Shown here in pieces: positions 34,218-43,249 of a stretch of 48,067 nt of DNA. Location: positions 1-48,067 of the forward strand of contig CAMWVR010000005.1 of the NCBI GenBank assembly GCA_947177795.1, read 5' to 3'. This DNA is from an uncultured Clostridia bacterium. GTDB lineage: Bacteria > Bacillota > Clostridia > Christensenellales > UBA3700. The translations under genes and the position numbers were made by a program. Position 1 is the first letter of the stretch; the number at the start of each line of letters is the position of its first letter. The notes beneath the pieces were generated by a model. That model searched no databases and was not told the origin of the DNA. It worked only from the letters and a program-made list of their open reading frames with translations.

Positions 34218-35709
34218 TTTTAGAATAACTCGGAAGTTTCTTTGTTTTTCTACGCTTTTTATTTGCGCGGTATTTTTCGATAAATTCCATTTCTTTTTGC
34301 ACTATCTTATCTCCCCAAGGGGTAGAGTAGTTGTAAGGCGTAACAAATCCGCTGAAATCCTTTTGAGTGCGTTCCAAAAGCAGTGTCATTGTAATTACCA
34401 AAGCCATAAAGGGATAACCTACGAAAGTACCCGTATTGATTAGCGAATATCCCTCAAAGCCTATAAATACTGCTAAGCAAAAAAGATTAAATGAATTTTT
34501 GATATTTTTGAAAAGAATTTGGAGACGCACTGCGTAGAAATAAACGTACGCAATAATTCCCATAATTCCCATACACGCTATGATTTGGAAAATTGTGGAG
34601 TGGAACCAATACGTTCCTATGGCGCTCGTGTGAGTGTGAGGACCTACGTATCCTTTGCCGACTCCGAAAAATGGATGCGCCTTGAATAATTCCCAAGCTT
34701 CTTTATAAAGACTGCTGCGACCCGAAGTACCGAAACCTCTCTCAACAAGAGCCGCAAACATCGTATTGATATCTTTCATTAAGCAGAGATAAATTATCAA
34801 AATTCCCAAAATTACGACGCCTATATACAAAAAGTGTAATTTTTTATTGGGAGCTTTAATTATTGTGAACACCAAAGCAACTATGCCGCTGATTACTCCG
34901 AAAATAATACCGCCTCTGCTAAAGGTCATTAAAAGACATATATATTGAAATATTCCCAAAGCCAAAAATATCCAACCTTGGCGATATCTCGTGGATAGAT
35001 ACATTGTCATGCCTGCGGTAAAGATAAGATAAGTTGCGACGTCGTTTCTGTCTGCCCAACCTACTTCCCACACTGCGTTGTGCCATTCATGTACGGGAAT
35101 ATTGCTTTTGGCAATGGTCGTAATAAGTTGAACGCATATTACCAAGCCTATGTACATCAGCGACTTTGAAAAATATAAAGGTACGTCTCGCTGGCTGTCG
35201 CGCTTGAGATAGTGGTTGTAAAGTAGATATACGGCAGGAACTCCAAGCCCCAACATGGCAAAATCGGGGAGAGATCTCAAAAAGTCTTGCTTGATGAGAG
35301 TTCCGACGCCGCCCAAAAGCAAAGCGTAAGCCACTGCTACCAATGGGAAGAACATTTTTCCAGGCGTAAACTTATGTCTTCCGTTTTTGACAAGGAAGAA
35401 CACGAAACAAATTCCGAGCGGAATTGCCAGCGGCCATAAATAAGTATAGTCGGAAAAGCTGTCGGAGAAAACCAACAAGACTGCGCTGAAAAGATTGATA
35501 GTCAGCGGAAGAATGTCGTCTGCGCCCAAAAGAGCCAAACAGGCAAGAATAACTGCGCCGGTTATACCTACGGGCGCGCACTTGGTTGCCCAACCTATAA
35601 ATACTACGATACATACCAAAGCAAGATAAAAGTCTGAATATACGAATTTGTTGATAAAACTTTGGTATTTATTATATCCTGTTTTTTCTATTATATTTGC
35701 TTGTGTCAT
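34210..35709 (-). CDS. O-antigen ligase/polymerase (Wzy_C) family membrane protein
   Basis: About 12 TM helices; TFSRGG; SGR..LY..AW.LF..HPFFGVG; HSTIFQI..GIMG. Confidence 0.85.
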   Translation of the reverse strand: MTQANIIEKTGYNKYQSFINKFVYSDFYLALVCIVVFIGWATKCAPVGITGAVILACLALLGADDILPLTINLFSAVLLVFSDSFSDYTYLWPLAIPLGICFVFFLVKNGRHKFTPGKMFFPLVAVAYALLLGGVGTLIKQDFLRSLPDFAMLGLGVPAVYLLYNHYLKRDSQRDVPLYFSKSLMYIGLVICVQLITTIAKSNIPVHEWHNAVWEVGWADRNDVATYLIFTAGMTMYLSTRYRQGWIFLALGIFQYICLLMTFSRGGIIFGVISGIVALVFTIIKAPNKKLHFLYIGVVILGILIIYLCLMKDINTMFAALVERGFGTSGRSSLYKEAWELFKAHPFFGVGKGYVGPHTHTSAIGTYWFHSTIFQIIACMGIMGIIAYVYFYAVRLQILFKNIKNSFNLFCLAVFIGFEGYSLINTGTFVGYPFMALVITMTLLLERTQKDFSGFVTPYNYSTPWGDKIVQKEMEFIEKYRANKKRRKTKKLPSYSKND

Positions 35710-35883
35710 TTTTCTCCAAACAGATAATAGCGAGTCATTCCAACAACTTATTTATCTGTTTTACGCATACTCTCTTGAATCCATTGATTTATCTTCAATG
35801 GCAAGCCTTAGCGTATTGTTTATTCTATTATAATTCATTTAAGAGAAAAGAGCAAATAAAACGGATAGAAAATTAAATTTAAA

Positions 35884-36384
35884 TTAAATGCCTCTTTCTA
35901 TTGCGGTAATACCCGTACGGCATACTTTTGAAATTTTAAATCCTCTTCCGTCTTGGTTATCGGATAGGGTAGCCATAAAGGAATCGATCTTTTCCGATGT
36001 GCCCGTAAGCTCGATTATCATAGACTTTTCCGTTACGTCTACGACTATTGCACCGAATTTATCGCATTGTTCGATTACGAATTTGTCAAAAAATTTGTCG
36101 CCGACAGTGAGTATCTTGACGAGAGAAAGTTCTCTGTACACGCTTTTGTTCTCTTCCAGTGCCTGTACGCTGATAGTCTCTTGCAGTTTTTTAGTTTGAC
36201 TTATGATCTGCGCAAGACCGCTTTCGTCGCTTTGAGCGACGACGGTAATTCTCGATATATGCGGGTCGTCCGTTGCGCTTACGGAGAGAGAGTCTATATT
36301 AAATCCTCTTCTTCCAAAGAGGGAAGAGATCCTTGCAAGCACGCTGGAATTATTTTTTACAACTATTGATATGACGTTTTTCAT
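35884..36384 (-). CDS. ilvN: Acetolactate synthase small (regulatory) subunit
   Basis: VLARISSLFGRRGFNIDSLSV, SRITVV, RELSLVK, ELTG, RTG. Confidence 0.92.
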   Translation of the reverse strand: MKNVISIVVKNNSSVLARISSLFGRRGFNIDSLSVSATDDPHISRITVVAQSDESGLAQIISQTKKLQETISVQALEENKSVYRELSLVKILTVGDKFFDKFVIEQCDKFGAIVVDVTEKSMIIELTGTSEKIDSFMATLSDNQDGRGFKISKVCRTGITAIERGI

Positions 36385-36409
36385 ATTTCACCTCGCATTT
36401 ATATTATCT

Positions 36410-36438
36410 ATTATACATAGACCTGTCGGAAAAATCAA
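36410..36438 (-). promoter_or_regulatory. Sigma-A promoter of ilvN
   Basis: Minus strand TTGATT-17 bp-TATAAT. Confidence 0.65.
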
Positions 36439-38186
36439 CTATTTGCAAATTGAGAATTATACAACTCGAAATAAAAGCCTTGTTTTGCCAACAACTCTTC
36501 GTGGTTGCCTTGCTCGATGATATTGCCGTCTTTCATGACGAGTATCACGTCGCAACTTCTTATCGTCGACAGTCTGTGAGCGACGATGAACGACGTCCTG
36601 CCTTGCATTATGCGATAGAACGCCTCTTGTATCTTCATCTCGGTGCGGGTATCTATCGACGAAGTAGCTTCGTCAAGAATAAGCATAGGGGGATGAGTGA
36701 GCATTATGCGGGCAATACAGAGAAGCTGTCTTTGACCTTGAGAGATATTGTCGCCGTTTTCCGTGAGCATGGTATCGTACTTATCGGGAAATTTCTCGAT
36801 AAAGTCGTCTGCGCCGGCAAGACGGGCAGCTTGCATGATTTCTTCGAGAGTTGCGTCCTGTTTGCCGTACGCTATATTATCTTTTATCGTGCCTTCAAAG
36901 AGCCAGCTCTCTTGCAAGACCATGCCGTAACTGTCTCTCAGACTTGTTCTCGTGATTTGTCTTATATCTTTGCCCGACATTGAGATGCTGCCTTTATTGA
37001 CGTCGTAAAATCTCATGAGCAAGTTGATAAGCGTGGTCTTTCCGCAACCCGTAGGACCTACGATAGCAATCTTCTGACCTTGCTTGACGTGTAGATTGAG
37101 TCCTTGTATCAGAGGTTTTTCGGGGACGTAACTGAAGTATACGTCGTCTATATCCAAAGTGCCGTCGCAATGCTCGAGAACTTGGTTTTGACTGTCGCTT
37201 TCTTCGATAGGTTGATCCAGCAGAGCGAAAATTCTCCTTGAAGCCGCCACTGCCGACTGTATTTCGGTAATGACGCTCGTGATTTCGTTGAAGGGCTTTG
37301 TATATTGATTGGCATAGGTAAGACAAGTCGATAGCAAGCCTATCGGCAAACCTTTGGGAGCTCCTGCCCAAAGTGAGATCAGCGCTCCCACGACACCCAC
37401 GCTTGCGTATACCAAATTGTTGACAAAACGTGTGCAAGGATTTATCAAAGCGCCGTAGAATTGCGACTTGAATCCGCAATCGTAAAGTTCTTTGTTGAGT
37501 TTTTCAAAGTCCTCTTGGCATATGTCCTCTTGGCAAAAAGCTTGAATGAGACTGCGACCCGTGAAAATTTCTTCAACGTATCCGCTTACTTCGCCTCTTT
37601 TGACGGCTTGAGCGGCAAAAGTCTTGTGCGAACGTTTTGTGATAAACGCCGCCACGCAGAGAGAAAGGGGAGTGAGTACCAATACTACAAGCGCAATTAT
37701 CCAATTCAAATAGAATAGTATACCCAGCGTTGCGCCTATCGTAAGCACGCCGCTGAAAAGCTGAGTGAAGCCCTGCAAAAGTCCTTCCGACACTTGGTCT
37801 ATATCGCTGGATATACGCGCGATAATGTCGCCTTGACGCTGCGTGTCGATATACTTCAATGGCAAGTTGTTGATATGCTCAAAGAGCTGGTTGCGGATAT
37901 TGCGCACAGTCTTGCAAGTCAGCGAGTTGACGCTTGCCGACAGCGTCCATTGCGCAATTGCGCCTGCGGCGATCATTGCGACGATGATGCAGATATAATC
38001 GAATACTTTATCAAAATCCACTGCGCCTTCGATCATGTAGTCGATAGCGTAACCCGTCATAAGCGGTATGAGTATGGATACGGCGACCGACACGATCGAC
38101 GCAATCAACGATATGACGATAAGCGGGGCGTAAGGCTTGGTGTAGCCTATGAGTCTAAACAAAGTGCTTTGCTTTTTAGTCTTCAT
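36435..38186 (-). CDS. Heterodimeric ABC exporter, TMD-NBD subunit (consensus Walker B)
   Basis: GPTGCGKTT, ISQGQRQ, ILDEATSSID, AHRLSTI. Confidence 0.93.
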   Translation of the reverse strand: MKTKKQSTLFRLIGYTKPYAPLIVISLIASIVSVAVSILIPLMTGYAIDYMIEGAVDFDKVFDYICIIVAMIAAGAIAQWTLSASVNSLTCKTVRNIRNQLFEHINNLPLKYIDTQRQGDIIARISSDIDQVSEGLLQGFTQLFSGVLTIGATLGILFYLNWIIALVVLVLTPLSLCVAAFITKRSHKTFAAQAVKRGEVSGYVEEIFTGRSLIQAFCQEDICQEDFEKLNKELYDCGFKSQFYGALINPCTRFVNNLVYASVGVVGALISLWAGAPKGLPIGLLSTCLTYANQYTKPFNEITSVITEIQSAVAASRRIFALLDQPIEESDSQNQVLEHCDGTLDIDDVYFSYVPEKPLIQGLNLHVKQGQKIAIVGPTGCGKTTLINLLMRFYDVNKGSISMSGKDIRQITRTSLRDSYGMVLQESWLFEGTIKDNIAYGKQDATLEEIMQAARLAGADDFIEKFPDKYDTMLTENGDNISQGQRQLLCIARIMLTHPPMLILDEATSSIDTRTEMKIQEAFYRIMQGRTSFIVAHRLSTIRSCDVILVMKDGNIIEQGNHEELLAKQGFYFELYNSQFANS

Positions 38187-39933
38187 TTTTTACCTCCGCA
38201 GTATGACTTCCGTTGGGATTTTTTTGCTGAGAATTGCAGATCTCGCGATATATTTCGCAAGTCTTCAGCAAATTGTCGTGAGTATCTATGCCCACTACGT
38301 CGCCTTTGTCGAGTACTATTATCTTGTCGGCGTTTTTGATAGACGTAGCTCTTTGGGATATGATTATCTTGGTGGTATCTTTGGGAAGATTTTCATTGAG
38401 CGCCTTTCTCAAAGCAAGGTCTGTGGCAAAGTCCAAAGCGCTCATACTGTCGTCAAGTATCACGATTTCGGGATTGCCGACGAGCGCTCGGGCAATGGAC
38501 AGTCTTTGACGTTGACCGCCCGAGAAGTTTTTGCCTTTTTGCTGTACGGGAGCGTCCAATCCCTCGGTTTTTTGCATGACGAAGTCGTAAGCTTGCGCAG
38601 TCTTGAGAGCGGTAATTATCTCGTCGTCTGTAGCATCCTTTTTCTTCCATTGCATATTTGAGCGGATCGTTCCGCTGAAAAGCATTGCAAGTTGTGGCAC
38701 TAGTCCTATCTTCTTGCGAAGTTGTTTGAGCGGATATTTCTTTACGTCCACTCCGTCGATTTCGAGGACGCCTTGCGACGCGTCGTAAAACCTCGGCAAA
38801 AGATTGATGAGCGTTGATTTACCGCTTCCGGTACCGCCGATTATGCCAACCGTCTGTCCTTTTTGTATGTCGACGGACAGATTTTTGAGGGCGGGGGAGC
38901 CGTTGCCATACGCAAAACTCACGTCTTTAAAAGAAATAGCGGGAGCGTCTGCCGCGGGCGAGACTTCCTCGTTGCCGTCGTCGGTTATCGCCGGTTGAGT
39001 TGCGAGCAATTCGCTTACTCTTTTTGACGATGCGTAAGATTTGGAAAAAAGTACCATTACGTTGGCAAGCACGATGAGCGCCAACGATATTTGCATCATA
39101 TAGTTGATGAATGCTATCAGTTCTCCTTGAGTGAGAGCGCCTGCGTCGATCTTGTTGCCGCCGAAATAGAGAAGGGCGACGATAGCCATATTGATAATGA
39201 CGAACGAAAGGGGATTGAGGAGCGCGGATATTCTGCCGATTGCGATGACGCTCTTGGCGTAATCTTCAGTGGAGTCTTCAAAACGTTTTTGTTCTCTCTC
39301 TTGTTCGGTAAAGGCCCTGACGACTCTCATACCGTTGAGGTCTTCTCTTGCGATTGAAGTAATCTTGTCGAGTTTCTTTTGGTTTTTGGTATATACGGGT
39401 AAAGTCTTCGACATAATCAGCCACAACACCAAAGCTACGAGAGGAGCGGCGACTAGGAATATCCAGCACATCGACGGCTTGAGTATGATCGCCGACACCG
39501 TTGCGCCGATTACGAGGAACGGCGCTCTGATCGCAAGACGGATGAGCATAGCGACGCCCAATTGCGCTTGATTTATGTCGCTGTTAAAACGCGTTATCAT
39601 AGACGACACTCCGTATTCGTCGCTGTTGCTCATAGAAAGGGTGTTGATATGATAAAACAGTGCGTTGCGGAGTTCGGTGCCAAAGCCCTGCGAGCATCTT
39701 GAGGCGACGTATTGGCAAAACAGCGCGGCAGCCAAACCCACCACGGCGAGCAGTACGAGCACTCCGCCCATTTGCAAAATGTAAGTCCTGTCATTGCCGT
39801 TGATACCTTTGTCTATAAGTTGAGCCATTACGTAGGGCACGATAAGTTCGAATATGGCTTCCAAAAGTTTGAATATCGGACCTAATATCAAATGTTTTTT
39901 ATACTTTTTTAAGTAAGGATAAAGATTTGACAT
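38176..39933 (-). CDS. Heterodimeric ABC exporter, TMD-NBD subunit (degenerate site)
   Basis: GGTGSGKST, FSGGQRQR, ILDDSMSALD (E to D), SQR in place of the H-switch. Confidence 0.93.
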   Translation of the reverse strand: MSNLYPYLKKYKKHLILGPIFKLLEAIFELIVPYVMAQLIDKGINGNDRTYILQMGGVLVLLAVVGLAAALFCQYVASRCSQGFGTELRNALFYHINTLSMSNSDEYGVSSMITRFNSDINQAQLGVAMLIRLAIRAPFLVIGATVSAIILKPSMCWIFLVAAPLVALVLWLIMSKTLPVYTKNQKKLDKITSIAREDLNGMRVVRAFTEQEREQKRFEDSTEDYAKSVIAIGRISALLNPLSFVIINMAIVALLYFGGNKIDAGALTQGELIAFINYMMQISLALIVLANVMVLFSKSYASSKRVSELLATQPAITDDGNEEVSPAADAPAISFKDVSFAYGNGSPALKNLSVDIQKGQTVGIIGGTGSGKSTLINLLPRFYDASQGVLEIDGVDVKKYPLKQLRKKIGLVPQLAMLFSGTIRSNMQWKKKDATDDEIITALKTAQAYDFVMQKTEGLDAPVQQKGKNFSGGQRQRLSIARALVGNPEIVILDDSMSALDFATDLALRKALNENLPKDTTKIIISQRATSIKNADKIIVLDKGDVVGIDTHDNLLKTCEIYREICNSQQKNPNGSHTAEVKNED

Positions 39934-40047
39934 AAAATACCATTCCTTTATTGACTATCTTTTAAAATTATTATAAAATATTATATAATGTAAACAATAA
40001 TTATGCAACTGTTGGAGCATAATTCTATATCAAAATATGAGGTAAAA

Positions 40048-41952
40048 ATGAAAGACGGCTTTACAAAATGCGGCTGCGCATCGATTGACGTGAGCGTGGG
40101 CGATTGCGACAAAAATGCAAAGACTATCGTCAAAGAAGTTATCAAGGCGGACAAGCTGGGCATCAAGTTGTTGGCGTTGCCGGAATTGTGCGTATGCGGA
40201 TATACCTGCGGAGATCTTTTGTTGCGAGATACGCTTTTGGACGGTGTGGAAAAGGCAATAGAATACGTACTCAAGAATACGGCAAAGACTGACGTCGTGG
40301 CAGTGATAGGAGCGCCGCTTCGCAACGGCGGAAAGTTGTTCAACTGCGCCGTGGCAATCTATAAAGGCGAGATATTGGGAGTCGTACCCAAGGAAAACGT
40401 GCCCAACTACGGGGAGTTTTACGAGGCGAGATACTTTACGAGCGGCAGAGATACCGACTTTGTCGAAATAGAGACGGCAGGCAGAAAAGCGCCTTTCGGA
40501 CAAATGGTATTCGTCAACGAAAATTTAAAAGAATACGCTTTCGGCGTGGAAATATGCGAAGATATGTGGGTGGCCAATTCGCCGTCGACAGCTCTGACGG
40601 AAAACGGAGCTAATATTATCGTCAATTTATCCGCAAGCGACGAAGTTATCGGCAAAGCGGAGTATAGAAAGTCGCTTGTGATAGCGCATTCGGGCAAGCT
40701 CAACTGCGGATATATCTATGCGAGCGCAGGCGAGGGAGAGTCGACTACGGATTTGGTATTTGCGGGACACGGTTTAATTGCCGAGAGCGGAAATATAATT
40801 GAAGAAAGCGCTCTTTTCGAAAACGCTCTTATTTATACGGATATTGACGTCAAGCGTATCTCGTATGAGAAGAGACGAGTCAATACGTTTAAGACGGCGG
40901 GAAATATCAGGCGCATAAGTTTTGGACAGGCTTTGTCGCAGAATAAATTGACGAGGAAGTTTTCTCCCGCTCCATTCGTGCCCGCCGACGAGGAAAAACG
41001 CAACGACAGGTGCGAACTCATACTCAAAATGCAAGCTATGGGATTGAAAAAACGATTAGAGCATACCAATTTCAAAAAAATCGTCGTCGGATTGTCGGGC
41101 GGACTTGACAGCGCGCTTGCATTGTTGGTCATCGTCAAGGCTGTGGATTGCCTCAATATGGACAGAAAGAGTATTTTGGCAGTGACGATGCCGTGTTTTG
41201 GCACGACGAAGAGAACCAAGTCAAACGCCGAGATTTTGGCAAACGGTCTGGGAGTGGACTTTAAAAGCGTAAATATATCCAAATCCGTCGAGAGCCACTT
41301 TGAAGACATAGGACAGTCAAAAGAGACTTTTGACGTCACATTTGAGAATGCTCAGGCAAGAGAACGCACTCAAGTGCTAATGGATATTGCCAATAAAGAG
41401 GGCGGACTCGTCGTAGGTACGGGAGATTTGTCAGAACTTGCTCTCGGTTGGGCGACGTACAACGGCGACCATATGTCTATGTACGGCGTCAACGGTTCGA
41501 TACCCAAGACCTTGGTAAGATATTTGGTAAAGTATTACGCCGACACTTGCGACAGCTCCGACGCTCGCAAGGCTCTTCTCGACATACTCGACACTCCCGT
41601 AAGTCCCGAGTTGTTGCCATCTAAGGACGAGGAGATATCCCAACAGACCGAAAATATCGTAGGACCTTACGAGTTGCACGACTTTTTCCTTTACTATATC
41701 GTGCGTTGGGGATATTCGCCTAAAAAGGTTTACCGCATAGCTCTCGATACTTTTGATGAAAAATACGATAAAGAAACAATTCTTAAGTGGTTGAAGAATT
41801 TTTACAAGAGATTTTTCGCTCAACAATTCAAGCGGTCTTGTTTGCCCGACGGACCGAAAGTCGGCAGCGTAACGCTATCGCCGAGAGGGGATTGGAGAAT
41901 GCCCAGCGACGCAAGCGCAAATTTGTGGCTCAAGGAGCTTGAAAATATTTAA
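40048..41952 (+). CDS. nadE: Glutamine-dependent NAD+ synthetase
   Basis: Nitrilase domain (PEL, K..PNY.EFYE.R, EICED) plus SGGLDS, ENAQARER, GTGDLSE, FKRS; RBS GAGG before 40048. Confidence 0.97.
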   Translation: MKDGFTKCGCASIDVSVGDCDKNAKTIVKEVIKADKLGIKLLALPELCVCGYTCGDLLLRDTLLDGVEKAIEYVLKNTAKTDVVAVIGAPLRNGGKLFNCAVAIYKGEILGVVPKENVPNYGEFYEARYFTSGRDTDFVEIETAGRKAPFGQMVFVNENLKEYAFGVEICEDMWVANSPSTALTENGANIIVNLSASDEVIGKAEYRKSLVIAHSGKLNCGYIYASAGEGESTTDLVFAGHGLIAESGNIIEESALFENALIYTDIDVKRISYEKRRVNTFKTAGNIRRISFGQALSQNKLTRKFSPAPFVPADEEKRNDRCELILKMQAMGLKKRLEHTNFKKIVVGLSGGLDSALALLVIVKAVDCLNMDRKSILAVTMPCFGTTKRTKSNAEILANGLGVDFKSVNISKSVESHFEDIGQSKETFDVTFENAQARERTQVLMDIANKEGGLVVGTGDLSELALGWATYNGDHMSMYGVNGSIPKTLVRYLVKYYADTCDSSDARKALLDILDTPVSPELLPSKDEEISQQTENIVGPYELHDFFLYYIVRWGYSPKKVYRIALDTFDEKYDKETILKWLKNFYKRFFAQQFKRSCLPDGPKVGSVTLSPRGDWRMPSDASANLWLKELENI

Positions 41953-41971
41953 CGATAAAATGAGAGTATAT

Positions 41972-42005
41972 AAAAAGTAGCAAATCGTCGATTTGCTACT
42001 TTTTT
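41972..42005. terminator. Bidirectional terminator
   Basis: AAAAAGTAGCAAATCG-t-CGATTTGCTACTTTTT. Confidence 0.85.
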
Positions 42006-42030
42006 AGTTAATTTCAGATTAATTCTTTAA

Positions 42031-43044
42031 TTACTTAATACCTTGATAAATAGCCTCGGTCTTTGAGTAATCAAGGTCGCGCTCGGAGTAGCTGAATACG
42101 ATTTCCGATTTGCTTTGCGCCGATCCTGCATAAATGCCGCCGATTCTACCCGACCAACTTTCATCGATTTGATATCTTTTGGTAAGACCGTTTTTCCAAA
42201 TCTCTACTATGAAGTTGCAATATTCGTATTTCATATCCTTACCGCCGTTATCGTTTTCCAAGCGTCCGATAGTGGTAGAATCGTTATTTGCGACTGCCAC
42301 GTCAATGGAGAATTTAAGTTCGTAATATTCGTTGTTGTTAGCGTCTGTTTTAACAACTAAAGATAGCGTTTTGCTGCTGTCTACGATATTTTCTACGTTC
42401 CAATTTACACAAGTCTTTCTTGCTTCGTCATAACTTCTTGAACCTTTTGCAGATTGAGGAACGTTCCAATTTTTTCTATCTTGCATTTTCCATTGTTCAA
42501 CTTCCAAAAGACCCGTCTCTTCATTATATACGATATCGCTTTTGTTGTTCATTCTGTTATATATGCCGTCGTTGACGTATCTTATATCGGCAGACGTAAC
42601 GAATTTTGACGCCAATGCGTCGAAATTGTGGTTGACGGGGAGTTTGATAGTCGTGTCGTCTTTGAGAGTATCGCTTTGCTTTCTAAGTCTTTGATAGATA
42701 AGCTGACCGTGGTTGCTACCCATTTTGGTTTCGCCCATTTGATTTCTAAAATAACAGAAATAAGCGCATTCGACTTCGTTTTTCGTCGCTCTTTCCATGA
42801 TTTGAGCGATTTTTTGCGCGTCGGTCAAAGACGAATCGTTGAAAATATCAGTGACGTTACGCTCGACGGCAGCCATTGACGCTTCGTTGTTGGCGTCGGG
42901 ATACGCAAGATAATCTTTGAGCAACGTCGCGTAGTCTATGTTGCCGAATTCTTCGACGTTTTGAGATTTGACGCATGCGCCAAAACCTAAACACAGCGTA
43001 AGAGCAAGCGCTAAAATTAAAGTAATAGATAAAAATTTTTTCAT
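42031..43044 (-). CDS. Lipoprotein of unknown function
   Basis: MKK + hydrophobic stretch + FGAC lipobox; RBS AAGGGAG; 337 aa. Confidence 0.85.
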   Translation of the reverse strand: MKKFLSITLILALALTLCLGFGACVKSQNVEEFGNIDYATLLKDYLAYPDANNEASMAAVERNVTDIFNDSSLTDAQKIAQIMERATKNEVECAYFCYFRNQMGETKMGSNHGQLIYQRLRKQSDTLKDDTTIKLPVNHNFDALASKFVTSADIRYVNDGIYNRMNNKSDIVYNEETGLLEVEQWKMQDRKNWNVPQSAKGSRSYDEARKTCVNWNVENIVDSSKTLSLVVKTDANNNEYYELKFSIDVAVANNDSTTIGRLENDNGGKDMKYEYCNFIVEIWKNGLTKRYQIDESWSGRIGGIYAGSAQSKSEIVFSYSERDLDYSKTEAIYQGIK

Positions 43045-43076
43045 AAAATTCTCCCTTAATCTATTTTTATATTATC

Positions 43077-43105
43077 AGTATAAAAGCAAGCAAGATAAAT
43101 GTCAA
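43077..43105 (-). promoter_or_regulatory. Sigma-A promoter of the lipoprotein gene
   Basis: Minus strand TTGACA-17 bp-TATACT. Confidence 0.75.
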
Positions 43106-43162
43106 TATCTTTTTTTTCAAAATTATGGATAAAATAGACTTCGTCCGGGTTTATCTATACCA

Positions 43163-43191
43163 TTGACACCGACTTAAAAAGCGGTTATAAT
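43163..43191 (+). promoter_or_regulatory. Consensus sigma-A promoter of the alpha-mannosidase gene
   Basis: TTGACA(43163-43168)-17 bp-TATAAT(43186-43191). Confidence 0.8.
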
Positions 43192-43249
43192 TATTATAAT
43201 ATTATAAATATTTTATCAATATTATATTTATTGATGACACAGGTGTATT

